A stretch of DNA of 64,000 bases, taken from Eledone cirrhosa. Taxonomy: Eukaryota. Of the stretch, positions 53,311 to 64,000 are shown piece after piece. The position numbers were made by a program, and so were the translations under genes. The notes under the pieces were generated by a model. The model had not been told where the DNA came from, searched no databases, and saw only the letters and a list, made by a program, of their open reading frames with translations. The stretch spans positions 180,792,001 to 180,856,000 of the forward strand of contig OZ024740.1 of the NCBI GenBank assembly GCA_964016885.1. Direction: 5' to 3'. Each line of letters begins with the position of its first letter. Within the stretch, counting starts at the first letter, position 1.

Positions 53311-53894
53311 AGAGAAAATTGAGGTTGGTAATGGCACATGGAATATATAAGAGACAGAATACTTTTTTGTGAAAAAACATAATTTTATAAGGTAAGGAAA
53401 TAATAAAGGGTATAAAAAATGACCGGTTTCGATGGGTCTGCGAAAGCGATCTTTTCAAATGTTGATTAATATTAAGAAAAATTAATAAAAATTAATAATA
53501 CGAAGAGTTAAAATTTGAGATTTGAAAATTCAAGTATAAAATACATTGTGGGATTTCATAGCAGTTTTCATCTAGGTAGCAACAACAGGTTGACTGCTGT
53601 GTCCCTTTCTGGTAGTGAATGAGAAGTTATTTGGGGTGTGGGTTATTTTATAAAGGTCAGATTTAGCAATCGCCAACTGGCCAGCTGCTGGTCAGTGAGG
53701 GGGTGGAAGCAATATACATACACATATCTTCCTGTGGTGGGTAGGAGAGTGGAGCGTGATAGAAAGGGATTTAGTGCACTTACACCTATATATACACACA
53801 CACATGGATGTATGTATTGTGTGTGCGTGTGTGTGTGTGTGTAGGTATGTGTGTATCTGGATGTATGCGTATGTGTATATATATATATATATGC

Positions 53895-53928
<34 letters not shown>

Positions 53929-54018
53929 GTGTGTGTATGTGTATATATATGTGTGTGTGTGTGTATGTTTGTATGTGTGTATGTATATATATGTGTGTGT
54001 GTGTGTATGTATGTGTGG

Positions 54019-54052
<34 letters not shown>

Positions 54053-54127
54053 GTGTGTATATATATATATGTGTGTGTGTGTGTGTATGTATGTGTGTAT
54101 CTGGATGTATATGTGTGTGTATATGTA

Positions 54128-54180
<53 letters not shown>

Positions 54181-54245
54181 ATGTGTATATATGTGTGTGT
54201 GTGTATGTGTGTATGTATATGTATGTGTGTGTGTATGTAAGTGTG

Positions 54246-54302
<57 letters not shown>

Positions 54303-54830
54303 GTATATGTATATGTATGTATGTGTGGATGAAGGTATGTGTGTGTGTATATATAGGTGTAAGTGCTCTAAATCCCTTTCTATCACGCTCCACTCTCCTA
54401 CCCACCACAGGAAGATATGTGTATGTATATTGCTTCCACCCCTCACTGACCAGCAGCTGGCCAGTTGGCGATTGCTAAATCTGACCTTTATAAAATAACC
54501 CACACCCCAAATAACTTCTCATTCACTACCAGAAAGGGACACAGCAGTCAACCTGTTGTTGCTACCTAGATGAAAACTGCTATGAAATCCCACAATGTAT
54601 TTTATACTTGAATTTTCAAATCTCAAATTTTAACTCTTCGTATTATTAATTTTTATTAATTTTTCTTAATATTAATCAACATTTGAAAAGATGGCTTTTG
54701 CAGACCCATCGAAACCGGTCATTTTTTATACCCTTTATTATTTCCTTACCTTATAAAATTATGTTTTTTCACAAAAAAGTATTCTGTCTCTTATATATTC
54801 CATGTGCCATTACCAACCTCAATTTTCTCT
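53311..54830. repeat. Nested inverted repeat (arms ~53311-53805 and ~54337-54830) around (TG/TA)n
   Basis: Near-identical ~490-bp reverse-complementary arms. Confidence 0.93.
54678..54725 (+). ncRNA. Hammerhead-like motif with U3:A8 core TTGAAAA (mirror copy at 53416-53463, minus strand)
   Basis: AACAT-TTGAAAA-GATGG...CCATC-GAAA-CCGG-TC-ATTTT. Confidence 0.6.
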
Positions 54831-54861
54831 ATAACCTTCGTTTTGTGTAGAAAATTACACT

Positions 54862-54907
<46 letters not shown>

Positions 54908-55526
54908 CTGCAAGTACGTATGTCTCTCTCGTGTAAACTATACTATACATACACATACATACATTTGCACACACATACATACACATACATACACACACAC
55001 AAACACATACATTCACACATATATATACGTATATACACATACACACACACATATACATTTTAAATTTTAAACTGGGCCTGATAGAGGATTAAAATAATTA
55101 ATGTCACTATTAAGTTATTAATAGTATCATCAAGTAATTAATTACTATTTATTAATTATTACTTCCTATTTACCATTCACTATTCGTTACCTATCTTTTA
55201 TCCTTTATCTAATACCTAATCATTCACTCATAAATTAATAAATAAATGAAAGAGTTAACTAACAAACGAACAAACAAACAAGCAGATAAACAAATAAACC
55301 AGTAAATAAGCAAATAAATAAACAAGTAAATAAATAAATGGATAAATAAATAAATAAGTAAATAAAGTAACTAAATAAATAAATAAATAAATAACTAAAT
55401 AAATAAATATACAAGTTAAATAGATAAATAAATCATGAACGTGTGCGTGCAGCATTTCATAACTGCACGTATGCAAACATGAGCAGGTATATACGTGAAT
55501 TTGTGTGTGCGGCCACGGAACTTTAC

Positions 55527-57790
55527 TCAGAGGCATACAACACAATATATAAGACCTGGAGGGGAGGAAAGAAGGTAATAATGAGAGATAGAGGGGAGGA
55601 AGAGGGTAATAATGAGAGATGGAGGGACGGAAATGGGAAGGGGGCTGGGGGGGGGGGGGGGGGGTGATACGAGGGGGGGGGGGCAGTCGGGGGGCCGGGG
55701 GGGTCTGTAGTTTTTGTAATTTGCATAGTTCTTGTGCATGCAATTAGAGGAGTGTTCCGAGATCTTGTTGAGGAGAGGGCCCTTGGCGAATAGAATCTCA
55801 TAGCTCTCGGAGATACAGAGGTCACAGCAATTATGGCCTCCCGTGTATGATCGCGCTCTCTGGAGTAGTCTCCATTGGGTCTTGAAGGGGATGAAGTTCC
55901 TTTTTAGGTGCCAGATGTGGGCGGCGAGTGTAGTTTGGTTAGATTTGTCTGGGCGCCGGAACGAATGTGTGTGGGCGTACCAGCGAGTCTTAAAACTATT
56001 AGAAGTCATCCCGATGTACGAGTTTCTTTTTTCATCGGGGCCTGAGAGTACATCGCATATATACACGAGATCTTTTTTTAGACAGTTGTTGTTGAGAGGG
56101 CAGGTCGTCTTATCAGGGCAATTGCAGTTGCTGTCGGTTGCTGGATGGGCTTCGGAAAAAGTAGACTTATTTAGCTTCTTGATGTTGTTGTTGGCTAAGT
56201 TTCTGGCTAGATTAGGTGTGGTAGAGTAAGAGAGTCTAATGGTATTCTTATCAAGGATAGTATAGTACCTATGTTGGGTGGGGAAGTGTCTTTGTAAGAG
56301 AGCGAAGAAAATTTTAGCTACAGGTGTTGAAACTTCTCGGTTGAAAGGGGGGGGGTTGTACCAGCTAATGTGCCTTCGCCTATTCTTCCTGGGTGGGCGT
56401 GGGGCTATAGTAAGGTAGGTGATCTTATCTCTAAAGCCGCTGCGGGCCAAGGCCTCGTTGTAATAGGGGGCTGCTGCTCTAAAGATATCTTCATTGGCGG
56501 CGAGGCTAGATATCCTAATGGAGACACTTTTTACTAGGTTGTCTAATATATTTTTGGGGTGGTTAGAATTAATGTCTATATATCTAAGGGATTCATTAGG
56601 TTTGTGGTACGGGTAGTAAAGGGAAGTTTCTAAGTAGAGGGTAACGTCTAGGAAGTTGGCTTTAGTCAAGTTCGAATCTAAGGTAATCCTAAGGCGTAAG
56701 TTTTTAAAGAAGGTGTAGAGGTTTTTCCTGAACCCATCCGTGGTCCTGGGGTTGATTTTGTGGAGGGCAAAGAGGCCGTCATCTCGGTAGAGACCGCCGG
56801 AGAGGCCTGTGAAGAGGGTCTTCAACCTGTGGAGGATGAACAGACCCACAAGGTCACTAATTTCAGCTGAGTCGCTAGCACCCATGCTAACGTCGAAGGG
56901 GGTCTCAGATTTTTTGTTGATCCAGTGGGATCTGTCATGGTAAAGAAAAGTCTTACGTGCATGGAGGTTCACTTCCTGCTCGGCTTCGGTAATTGTGGTT
57001 AAGTTCCTGGCGAAGTTGATCGCGTCAATCAGCAGGCTCTCTGAAATGGAGGCGCAGTAATCCTCGATGTCTAGCTGCAGGAAGCGGGTGTTACTTTTGT
57101 CGGGCAAGTCACGGAACCATGTGATTGCCTCCGATGTCCTATTCCAGAGTGGGAGGGGTGAGGCAGCACGTAGTCTAGGTAGAATCCTGTCCAAGATCTT
57201 CTTACTGACGGATCCTATGTCAGACTTGGTCGGGTTAATCAGCCGGACCGACGGTTTATTGTCGAAGTTGTTCTTGTGGTCTTTCAGGGTGAAGTGTGGG
57301 GACTTTACCCTCAGAGGTTCTGTCCGGTCTTCCAATTTAAGGGAAGTGGCGATCTTCTTTCCGGCTATGTTTGTATCAGTCAAAGTAGTGTCATCAACTT
57401 TTTTGTTCTTTGCTGTGATGGCATTATCCGCAAGCTTGTTGTAGGTGTCGGGGATAACCGCATAAGCGTTTTTCGTTTTGTCTGAAGGGACGTGGAGGTA
57501 CGGGGAACTTTTCATTTCCAGAAGTTTCTCCTTTAAGTCCGTTTGGAAAGGTATGTTGATTTTCCTGAATTTAATATTTTTGATCATTTGAAAGAGGTCT
57601 TCTTCACATGGTTCAAGTAGGCTGTTGGTGGGTGGAGCCTTATTAGATTTAAAACCGTACATCTCGTTATTGGTAGATGCTACATCAGGGTGGTCGAAAA
57701 AGAACGATCTCCATCTAATTCGTTTGATGAATTCATCAGTCCGTCTAATGAGGGTTTTTAGGTACTGTTTCCTTGGTGGGATAGGAATGT
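55527..57790 (-). CDS. PLE reverse transcriptase-GIY-YIG endonuclease polyprotein (N-terminus clipped by the inversion)
   Basis: Open frame from NIPIPPRKQY..RIRWR through SDKT, VRLINP, LDIEDY, MGASDSAEISDLVG, GLYRDDGL, FLDVT, YHKPN, SNHP, WYNPP, CNC.5CPL.3C, LVY...YIGMT, CDLC.SE and LLNK. Confidence 0.92.
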
Positions 57791-58067
57791 TCTACTATAT
57801 ATCTGTTGAATTACTATTCTTGGGGTTTTTATTTATTTATTTTTTTATTTATTTCTTTATTTATTTTATTTATTTATTCATTTATCTATTTATTTATTCA
57901 TTTATTTATTTATTTACTTATTTATTTCAAAAAAGCACTCTGGCTAATTGACCACTCCCCATAGAAAAAACGGCCTGTGCCATGAAATGGTCCTGTGTAT
58001 CTAAATACCCCCCCCCCCCATCCACCACCACCTAAATGTATAAATACCAGAACTTAATATGACATCC

Positions 58068-58118
58068 AGCTTCCTGAAGATTTCATCTGAATGAAACAGT
58101 ACTAGTCCTGTAGAAGCT
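58068..58118 (+). ncRNA. Minimal type I hammerhead in the inverted pLTR
   Basis: AGCTTC-CTGAAGA-tttcatctgaat-GAAA-CAG-tactagtc-CTG-TA-GAAGCT. Confidence 0.87.
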
Positions 58119-58132
58119 CCTTCTATGAAATA

Positions 58133-58198
<66 letters not shown>

Positions 58199-58221
58199 TA
58201 TATAATTATATAAATATATAT

Positions 58222-60361
58222 AACAAAGCCACGATCCGGTCTCTGGTGAACCACGACGGGCGCATGCTACTCGATCCCGGGCAAATGTGTGAAGCTTTTC
58301 AGCGACACTTCGCTCAGCTGTTCGGGGCAGCGGCGGGCCGGATCGAGGGATGGACTTTAGTGTCTACCTCGACCGACTGCCGCGGCTCTCGGCTACTGAG
58401 GCAGAGTTTTGCGAAAAGCCGATAACAGCCGCTGAAGTACGGGGGGGGGGGGGGGGTGAATGGCTGCATAAGGGGTAATTCGCCTGGTTTGCATGGTCTG
58501 CCCAATGAACTTTACGTACAGATGCCAGACTCGTTCGGAGGTGCCTTGGCGGATCTCTACTGCAACTGGCAACAGAACGGGATAATTTCCAGCTCTGTGA
58601 GCCGAGGAGTTGTGGCGCTGCTGAGAAAGGATCCAAACTAGGGGGATAACATATGTAATTGTAGGCCCATAACTCTGCTAAACACTGAGTTCAACATTAA
58701 GGTCAATGTGCTAGCAAAGAGGTTGGCGTTTGTCGTTGTTGGTCTGGTAGGAGAGGCGCAGATATGCGCCATTCCCGACAGATCCATCCACGACAACCTC
58801 CACCTCATGCGATGCATCGTAGTGAGGGTAGCTAGGGAACCTGGCACGGGTGGGTCCTTGATCAATTTAGATCAGTCGAAAGCTTTCGATAGGGTCGACC
58901 ATCGTTACCTATCGGCAGTCCTGAGGGCGGCTATCTTTGGGCCCGTCTTCAGAGGCTGGATCGCTGCCATGCACAGTGACATCTGCTCTGTGGTGAGAGT
59001 GAACGGTCACCTTTCGTTCAACATCATGCGCTCGGTCCGCAAGGATGTCCCCTCTCGTCCCTCTTGTACGTATTGACTCTCGAGCCATTACTGCACAAAC
59101 TGGAGACGTTGAGGGGGGGGGGGGTCCCGCCCTAACTAGGATACGGAAGATCCGTGTCAGCATATGCGAACTATGTCACCGTAGTGGTGTCGAACGCCAA
59201 ACACATCGAGGCGATTGGCACTACACTAAGAGAATATGAAGCCGTGACAGGAGCAATGATCAAGCAGGAAAAGTCAGTGGGCCTGCAGCTCGGCACCTGG
59301 ACAAGCAGGTCCATGCCGTCCAACAGCGTCGTCGGGCTCTGGACGGACGGACCGATTAAATTGCTCGAGGTCTGGTTCGGTCCGGATCTCCAGACGGACA
59401 AAAACTGGGACGAGGTGACGACCAGAGTGGCTTCTCTGACCAAGAAATGGGCCGAGAGGAAGCTATCCCTGAAAGGTCGAGCGGGGGTGGCTACTTGGGG
59501 AAACTCTAGGCGTCGACGAAAATCAACTAGCCAATCTCTTCGGAAGAAATTTCGGGCCGGGGCCTATGGACAACTTCCAGAAATCCCTGGCCTGGCAGTG
59601 CTACTGAGGAGCTTTGCCAGTTCGGGATAAACTCTACAGGCATGGAGGTGCCGTCAGCCGGGCATGTCCGAGATGCGCACAGGGCGATGAAACCGACCTG
59701 CACGCACTCGTCCAGTGTCCGAGCATTGCTGACTTGTGGGTTTATGTCGAACACCTGCTGTCACGTGTAGGACGGATCCAGCTATCAGCTGAGTCCATCG
59801 TAAGGATTGCCCCGCCCTCTTCCTTTAGCCGGGAAGGGCAGGCAGTTTTTATCTGTCTGGTGGCCATGGCGAAAGAGATAGTATGGTGGCCACGTTTGAA
59901 AGGGCTGAAGATCAGCACTTACCTCGTCGGTGATGCCCTGATTAACTTTTTCAAATTTCATTTGAAAAGGAAAATCAGGGTAGAAAGGGAAGTGCTCTCT
60001 TCCCAGAATTTTGTTGAAAGATGGGTGAGAGAGGCAAGAATGGCCCGAGTGAATGGGCCTACTCTGAGTATGTGTCTGTAAATTAAAGGTGGAAAACTGG
60101 GAGAGGGCATTTGCCCTGGTGGTCAAGGTCACTGTGGCTTTTTAATAGGCTCTCTCCATGAATGTCCCTCAGAAGTCTCTCCCCTATTGGGGAATTTTTC
60201 ATTGTTCTATTATTACATCCTCTGTTTTTTGTCTTTTTACACGCAGAAATGCCCATTTGTACCGTCATGTATAGTCCTGTACTGTCCTTAATGTCTACTT
60301 TATGTAAACCCTTGTGGTTGATAAAGAAAGCATTATTATTATTGTTATTATTATTGTTGTT
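58222..60361 (+). mobile_element. L1/Tx1-clade LINE copy D, 5'-truncated
   Basis: ORF2 3' half closely similar to B and C, a deletion near 59492, poly-G runs and a (TTA/TTG)n tail at 60333-60361. Confidence 0.92.
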
Positions 60362-63300
60362 GAAACCACGCTTCTTATCGCCTCCAGTTTTTTTCAACGT
60401 TTTACCTCTTTTTCAACAGTTCTAAACCTTTTATTCAACTTTTAAAGTTGATAAAAGTTTAGAAGAAGTGACCCACCTCATACAGGGTTTCACTAGTAAA
60501 TAATACGGCACCCCTTTACGGGGTGTCGTATTCGTATGTGTGTAAAAGTATTTTTATTTGAACAATTTAAACATGGATAACACAAGAAAGAGAGAGAACG
60601 CTGTCAGACAACACAAAGAGAGGGAGACTTTATCAGCATGTCAAGAAGACAGCGTTCCAGCGGAGGTAAATATCAACGAAAATATTACAAAGGAAAAGAA
60701 GATTGTTACAGATTTAAAATTAACAAATATTTCTAACACAAACAACACCAAAAATAACACCAACAACACCAACAATTACACCATCAATAACAACGACAAC
60801 GACAAAAATAACAGCGGTAAAGTCGAGAACGACAATAACAAAAATAACAGTGCGTAAGATCGAGAACGACAATAACAAAAATAACAGCGGTAAGGTCGAG
60901 AACGACAATAACAATGACAATAACAACAGCCACAACAACAATAACAGTAGGAACAATATCAACAAAAACAACAATAATAACAACAGCCACAATAACAGTA
61001 ACAGCAGCAACAGTATCAACAAAAACAACAACAACAACACCAACAACTGTACCAGCGAAAACAACAACAATGACACCGATACCTGTAATAGCGACCTCAG
61101 CACCACCAGTAAGACCAGTAGCGGCAGCTATAGTGGTGCTGCTGAAAAAAGGGACCACTTCTTTTGCAGGTGTCGCCCGAAATATCGAGACAGTGTTAGT
61201 CACAGAGGAGGAGATGGCAGTCATAAGGGCCATGGTGACAAGAAGCGCAAATAGAGTTTCCCTGAAACCTCCACCCGATTTGTTCAAGGACCAGCAGCTA
61301 CGGACGGTGAATTACCGCACCGTCACAAAATCTCACATCGAATGGAGAGAGCCACGGAGGCTCAAATCCAAAAGGCCTTGGGGTGCGTCTGGGCACGCAA
61401 AACCCACATCACCCGAGGCAGAAAGTACGCCACAGTAGACGTACTTTTCGCCACCCCCCAGGAAGCAAAGTCTCACTCTTTGGAAACCCTAAAGAGTGCG
61501 GAGATAGTCTTGGTGCCCTCCTACAGCGGGCAGAAAATTGTGAGGGTCAAAGTGAACCAGGTCCCACTCGACGTGCCCATACCTTGGTTGGCCGCATCTG
61601 GAATTGAGAACAGGGCGACCATGCTGCAATTAGAAAAAATAGGGAGAGAGAACTGGTCAGGTATAGGCATGCAAATGCTTATTCAAAGTGACCAGGAATG
61701 TATCGAGGCTATCCTCGATATCATAGACATCGAGGAAGGACTCGAACTCCCTATAAGTGTAGAAGGAAGACGTCCAAAATGTTATCTCTGTGGGTCGAAG
61801 GGTCACCTCAGGGCCTTTGTCCGCAGAAGACAGCGTTGAGGGCCACTCTCCTTCCAATACCTGGTCCGCTACTACCAAGAGCAGGACAGGCAACAAACGA
61901 AGAAGCCCCTTCCACGGTGAGTAGGAGGGCAACGTCCGTAGCACCCGTACCAAGGCCACGGATAACTAAAGCAGCATCATCAGTAGCCGCAACACCAATA
62001 GCTACATTTGAAGTAGCTACACCAGCAACAAAATTGCCGAAAAGGGGTCCACTACCACCACCAACAGCCGTGGAGCACATACCCCTCCCAGACGCCACAG
62101 AATCCGACAAGGAGTTTGAGGCGGGAGTGAAGTGGCAAACGGTCTGCCGCAAAAAACAAAAAACAAAAAAAACCCTTAGATTCACCCTCCAAAAGCGAAG
62201 GCATACAAAGAGGGGGTAAAGGCAGCAAGGAAACTTGCAGCAACACCACCACCATCACCACCACAAACACCAACAACGCAAACACAACAAGACACACACA
62301 CCAAACAGCAACAAGAAGAAAACAGCAACAAAATCACCCCTCCTCCCAAAAAGTACACAGCCATAAACATGGCAAAAAAAGAATTCGTACAATATATAAA
62401 GCAGCACACAGACATCACACCAAACAAACTACTACACCCCTCCAACACCAAGAACTCTCCCGACAAACATAAGCATCATCGAAATCTCAATAGTACAGTA
62501 CAAACCTTAAAAACAAAAATTCTCCAACGCAGTTGGAGACTCCAGAGGGGCGGTTACCAAGACGATATACACTGACATACTCTTGGAAACACCCATGACC
62601 AGTGAAAGGGACGGTTCTACTGTCGCTTCACCACACGAACAAGGTAAGTGACCCTTACTCACCAGCCACGTTTCTCATCCAACATGGTTGTACTCAGAAT
62701 AGGCAGTATAAATGCACGTGGCCTGGGGTCATCTTGAAAGCAGGGTCACCTGCTCAATGACCTCATGTCACTAAACATAGATGTCGTGGCCATCAGTGAA
62801 ACCAGAATCTCCGAAGCACGGGCCTTCGCACCGATCTTCGGCAGCTACGATGTATACGCATGTCCCAGCCGTCCAGGATCGGGGGGAAGGGGTTGCCGTC
62901 CTTTTTCGGAGAGACTTGGATCTCGCGATACGGGCCATCTTCCTGGACCCAGAAGGTAAGTCGATGGTGCTGGACGTGACCGGCAGCGAAGGCAATGCCT
63001 TCAGGCTAGTAGCCGTCTGCGCCCCGACAGGGGCAGGACGGCCAGATTTATTCAGACGTCTAGAGATCTTTCTTGGAACGTCCTGCTCTTTAGTGTTAGT
63101 GGGCGACTGGAACGGTATCTTAGATGTATGCTGGGATTGTGTGGGGCTAGTGGATAGGGGAGGAGTGTGCAAGAGCCACACCAACTTGCTCAGACGTTTT
63201 AAACTGTCTGACAGGTATCGACTGGATCACCTGAATATGCCAATGTGGATATGAACAAACCGCATCGGGTCATTCAGATCGTATCTCGATAGGGTATTCT

Positions 63301-64000
63301 GCAGAGAACCAGATAAGGCTAGTATAAGTTTTCCACAATTAATATAGTCGACTACACAGACCACAAATTTGTGATCTGTGAGTTCGATATAGACAGACTT
63401 CATAGACAAGGGCCTGGTTACTGGAAGCTGAACGCGTCTTTCCGGGCGCGCAAGGCCTACAGAGACCGGATTAGCGTATAATTAAGCGGGCGTTGGCGGG
63501 AGCGGCCGTCAACAACAGGTGGTGATGGTTTGCCCTGAAAAGGGCAATTAAAGTAGAGTCGATTAGGTTTAGCAAAGGAGTAGTGATAGAGGAAAATAGA
63601 GGAGAGGGAGAGCTAGTCAGAAAGCTAGAAGAGGCGTTTAGGACAGGCATCGCAACCGACGTGCTTGCTGCGAGATTGGCACTCGACCAATTCTTGAACG
63701 CAAAACACGAAGGCTGCGTCCAATGTGCCCGGGTGGCAGAGGCGCAACGTGGTAACAAAGCCACAATTCGTTCTTTGTCTGACCAAAACGGGTGCGTGAT
63801 GTTCGAACCCGAGCGGATGTGTGAAGCTTTTCAGCAGCACTTTGCTGAACTGTTCGGGAGCAGCGGCGGCCCGGATCGGGGCATGGAATTCAGTACATAC
63901 CTCGACGGACTGCCTCGGCTCTCGACAACCGCAGCACAGTGTTGCGAAATGCCAATAACAGCCGGTGGAATACGGGAAGAGATGGCTAACTGCACAAGGG
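60362..64000 (+). mobile_element. L1/Tx1-clade LINE copy E (5' UTR, ORF1 ~60573-62650, ORF2 from 62684, runs off the window)
   Basis: Asn-rich ORF1 with RRPKCYLCGSKGHLRAF, and APE motifs SINARG, SET, GDWN and WKLN, with stops and frameshifts. Confidence 0.9.

Larger units (their letters stand above)
52278..58132 (-). mobile_element. Penelope-like retroelement (Naiad-like) with an inverted pLTR copy at the 5' junction
   Basis: RT plus GIY-YIG ORF, a long microsatellite-rich 3' region and a terminal hammerhead. 52350-52705 is duplicated in inverted orientation at 57795-58132. Flanked by (TA)n. Confidence 0.9.

Noticed and set aside
60558-61438. Asn/Thr-rich ORFs as host proteins (also 27737-28063 and 35454-36101)
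   Set aside because: They are the low-complexity N-termini of Tx1 ORF1, collinear among copies A, C and E.

Overview
AT-rich, microsatellite-dense eukaryotic DNA with no supportable host gene. The SINE types and the (TA)n/(CA)n/(TACA)n load suggest an octopus or other cephalopod (inference). The window is almost entirely mobile DNA: five L1/Tx1-clade LINE copies (22.6-40.9 kb and 58.2-64 kb) with (TTA)n tails, a Penelope-like element (PLE) with a nearly intact RT plus GIY-YIG ORF (55.5-57.8 kb), further PLE remnants, R4/Dong and RTE fragments, a decayed mariner, Helitron pieces and tRNA-derived SINEs. The most striking signal is 17 minimal type I hammerhead-ribozyme (HHR) motifs found by eye. 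Twelve lie as mirror-image pairs in six inverted repeats set in (TA)n tracts, four lie in a ~700-bp tandem array, and one is solitary. They include unusual variants: a U3:A8 core, a C at position 4, a U.U pair at the base of stem II, and ~100-nt stem II insertions. A possible ~53-nt intron that would fuse Tx1 ORF1 to ORF2 in frame is also noted. All calls come from manual reading and no searches were run.
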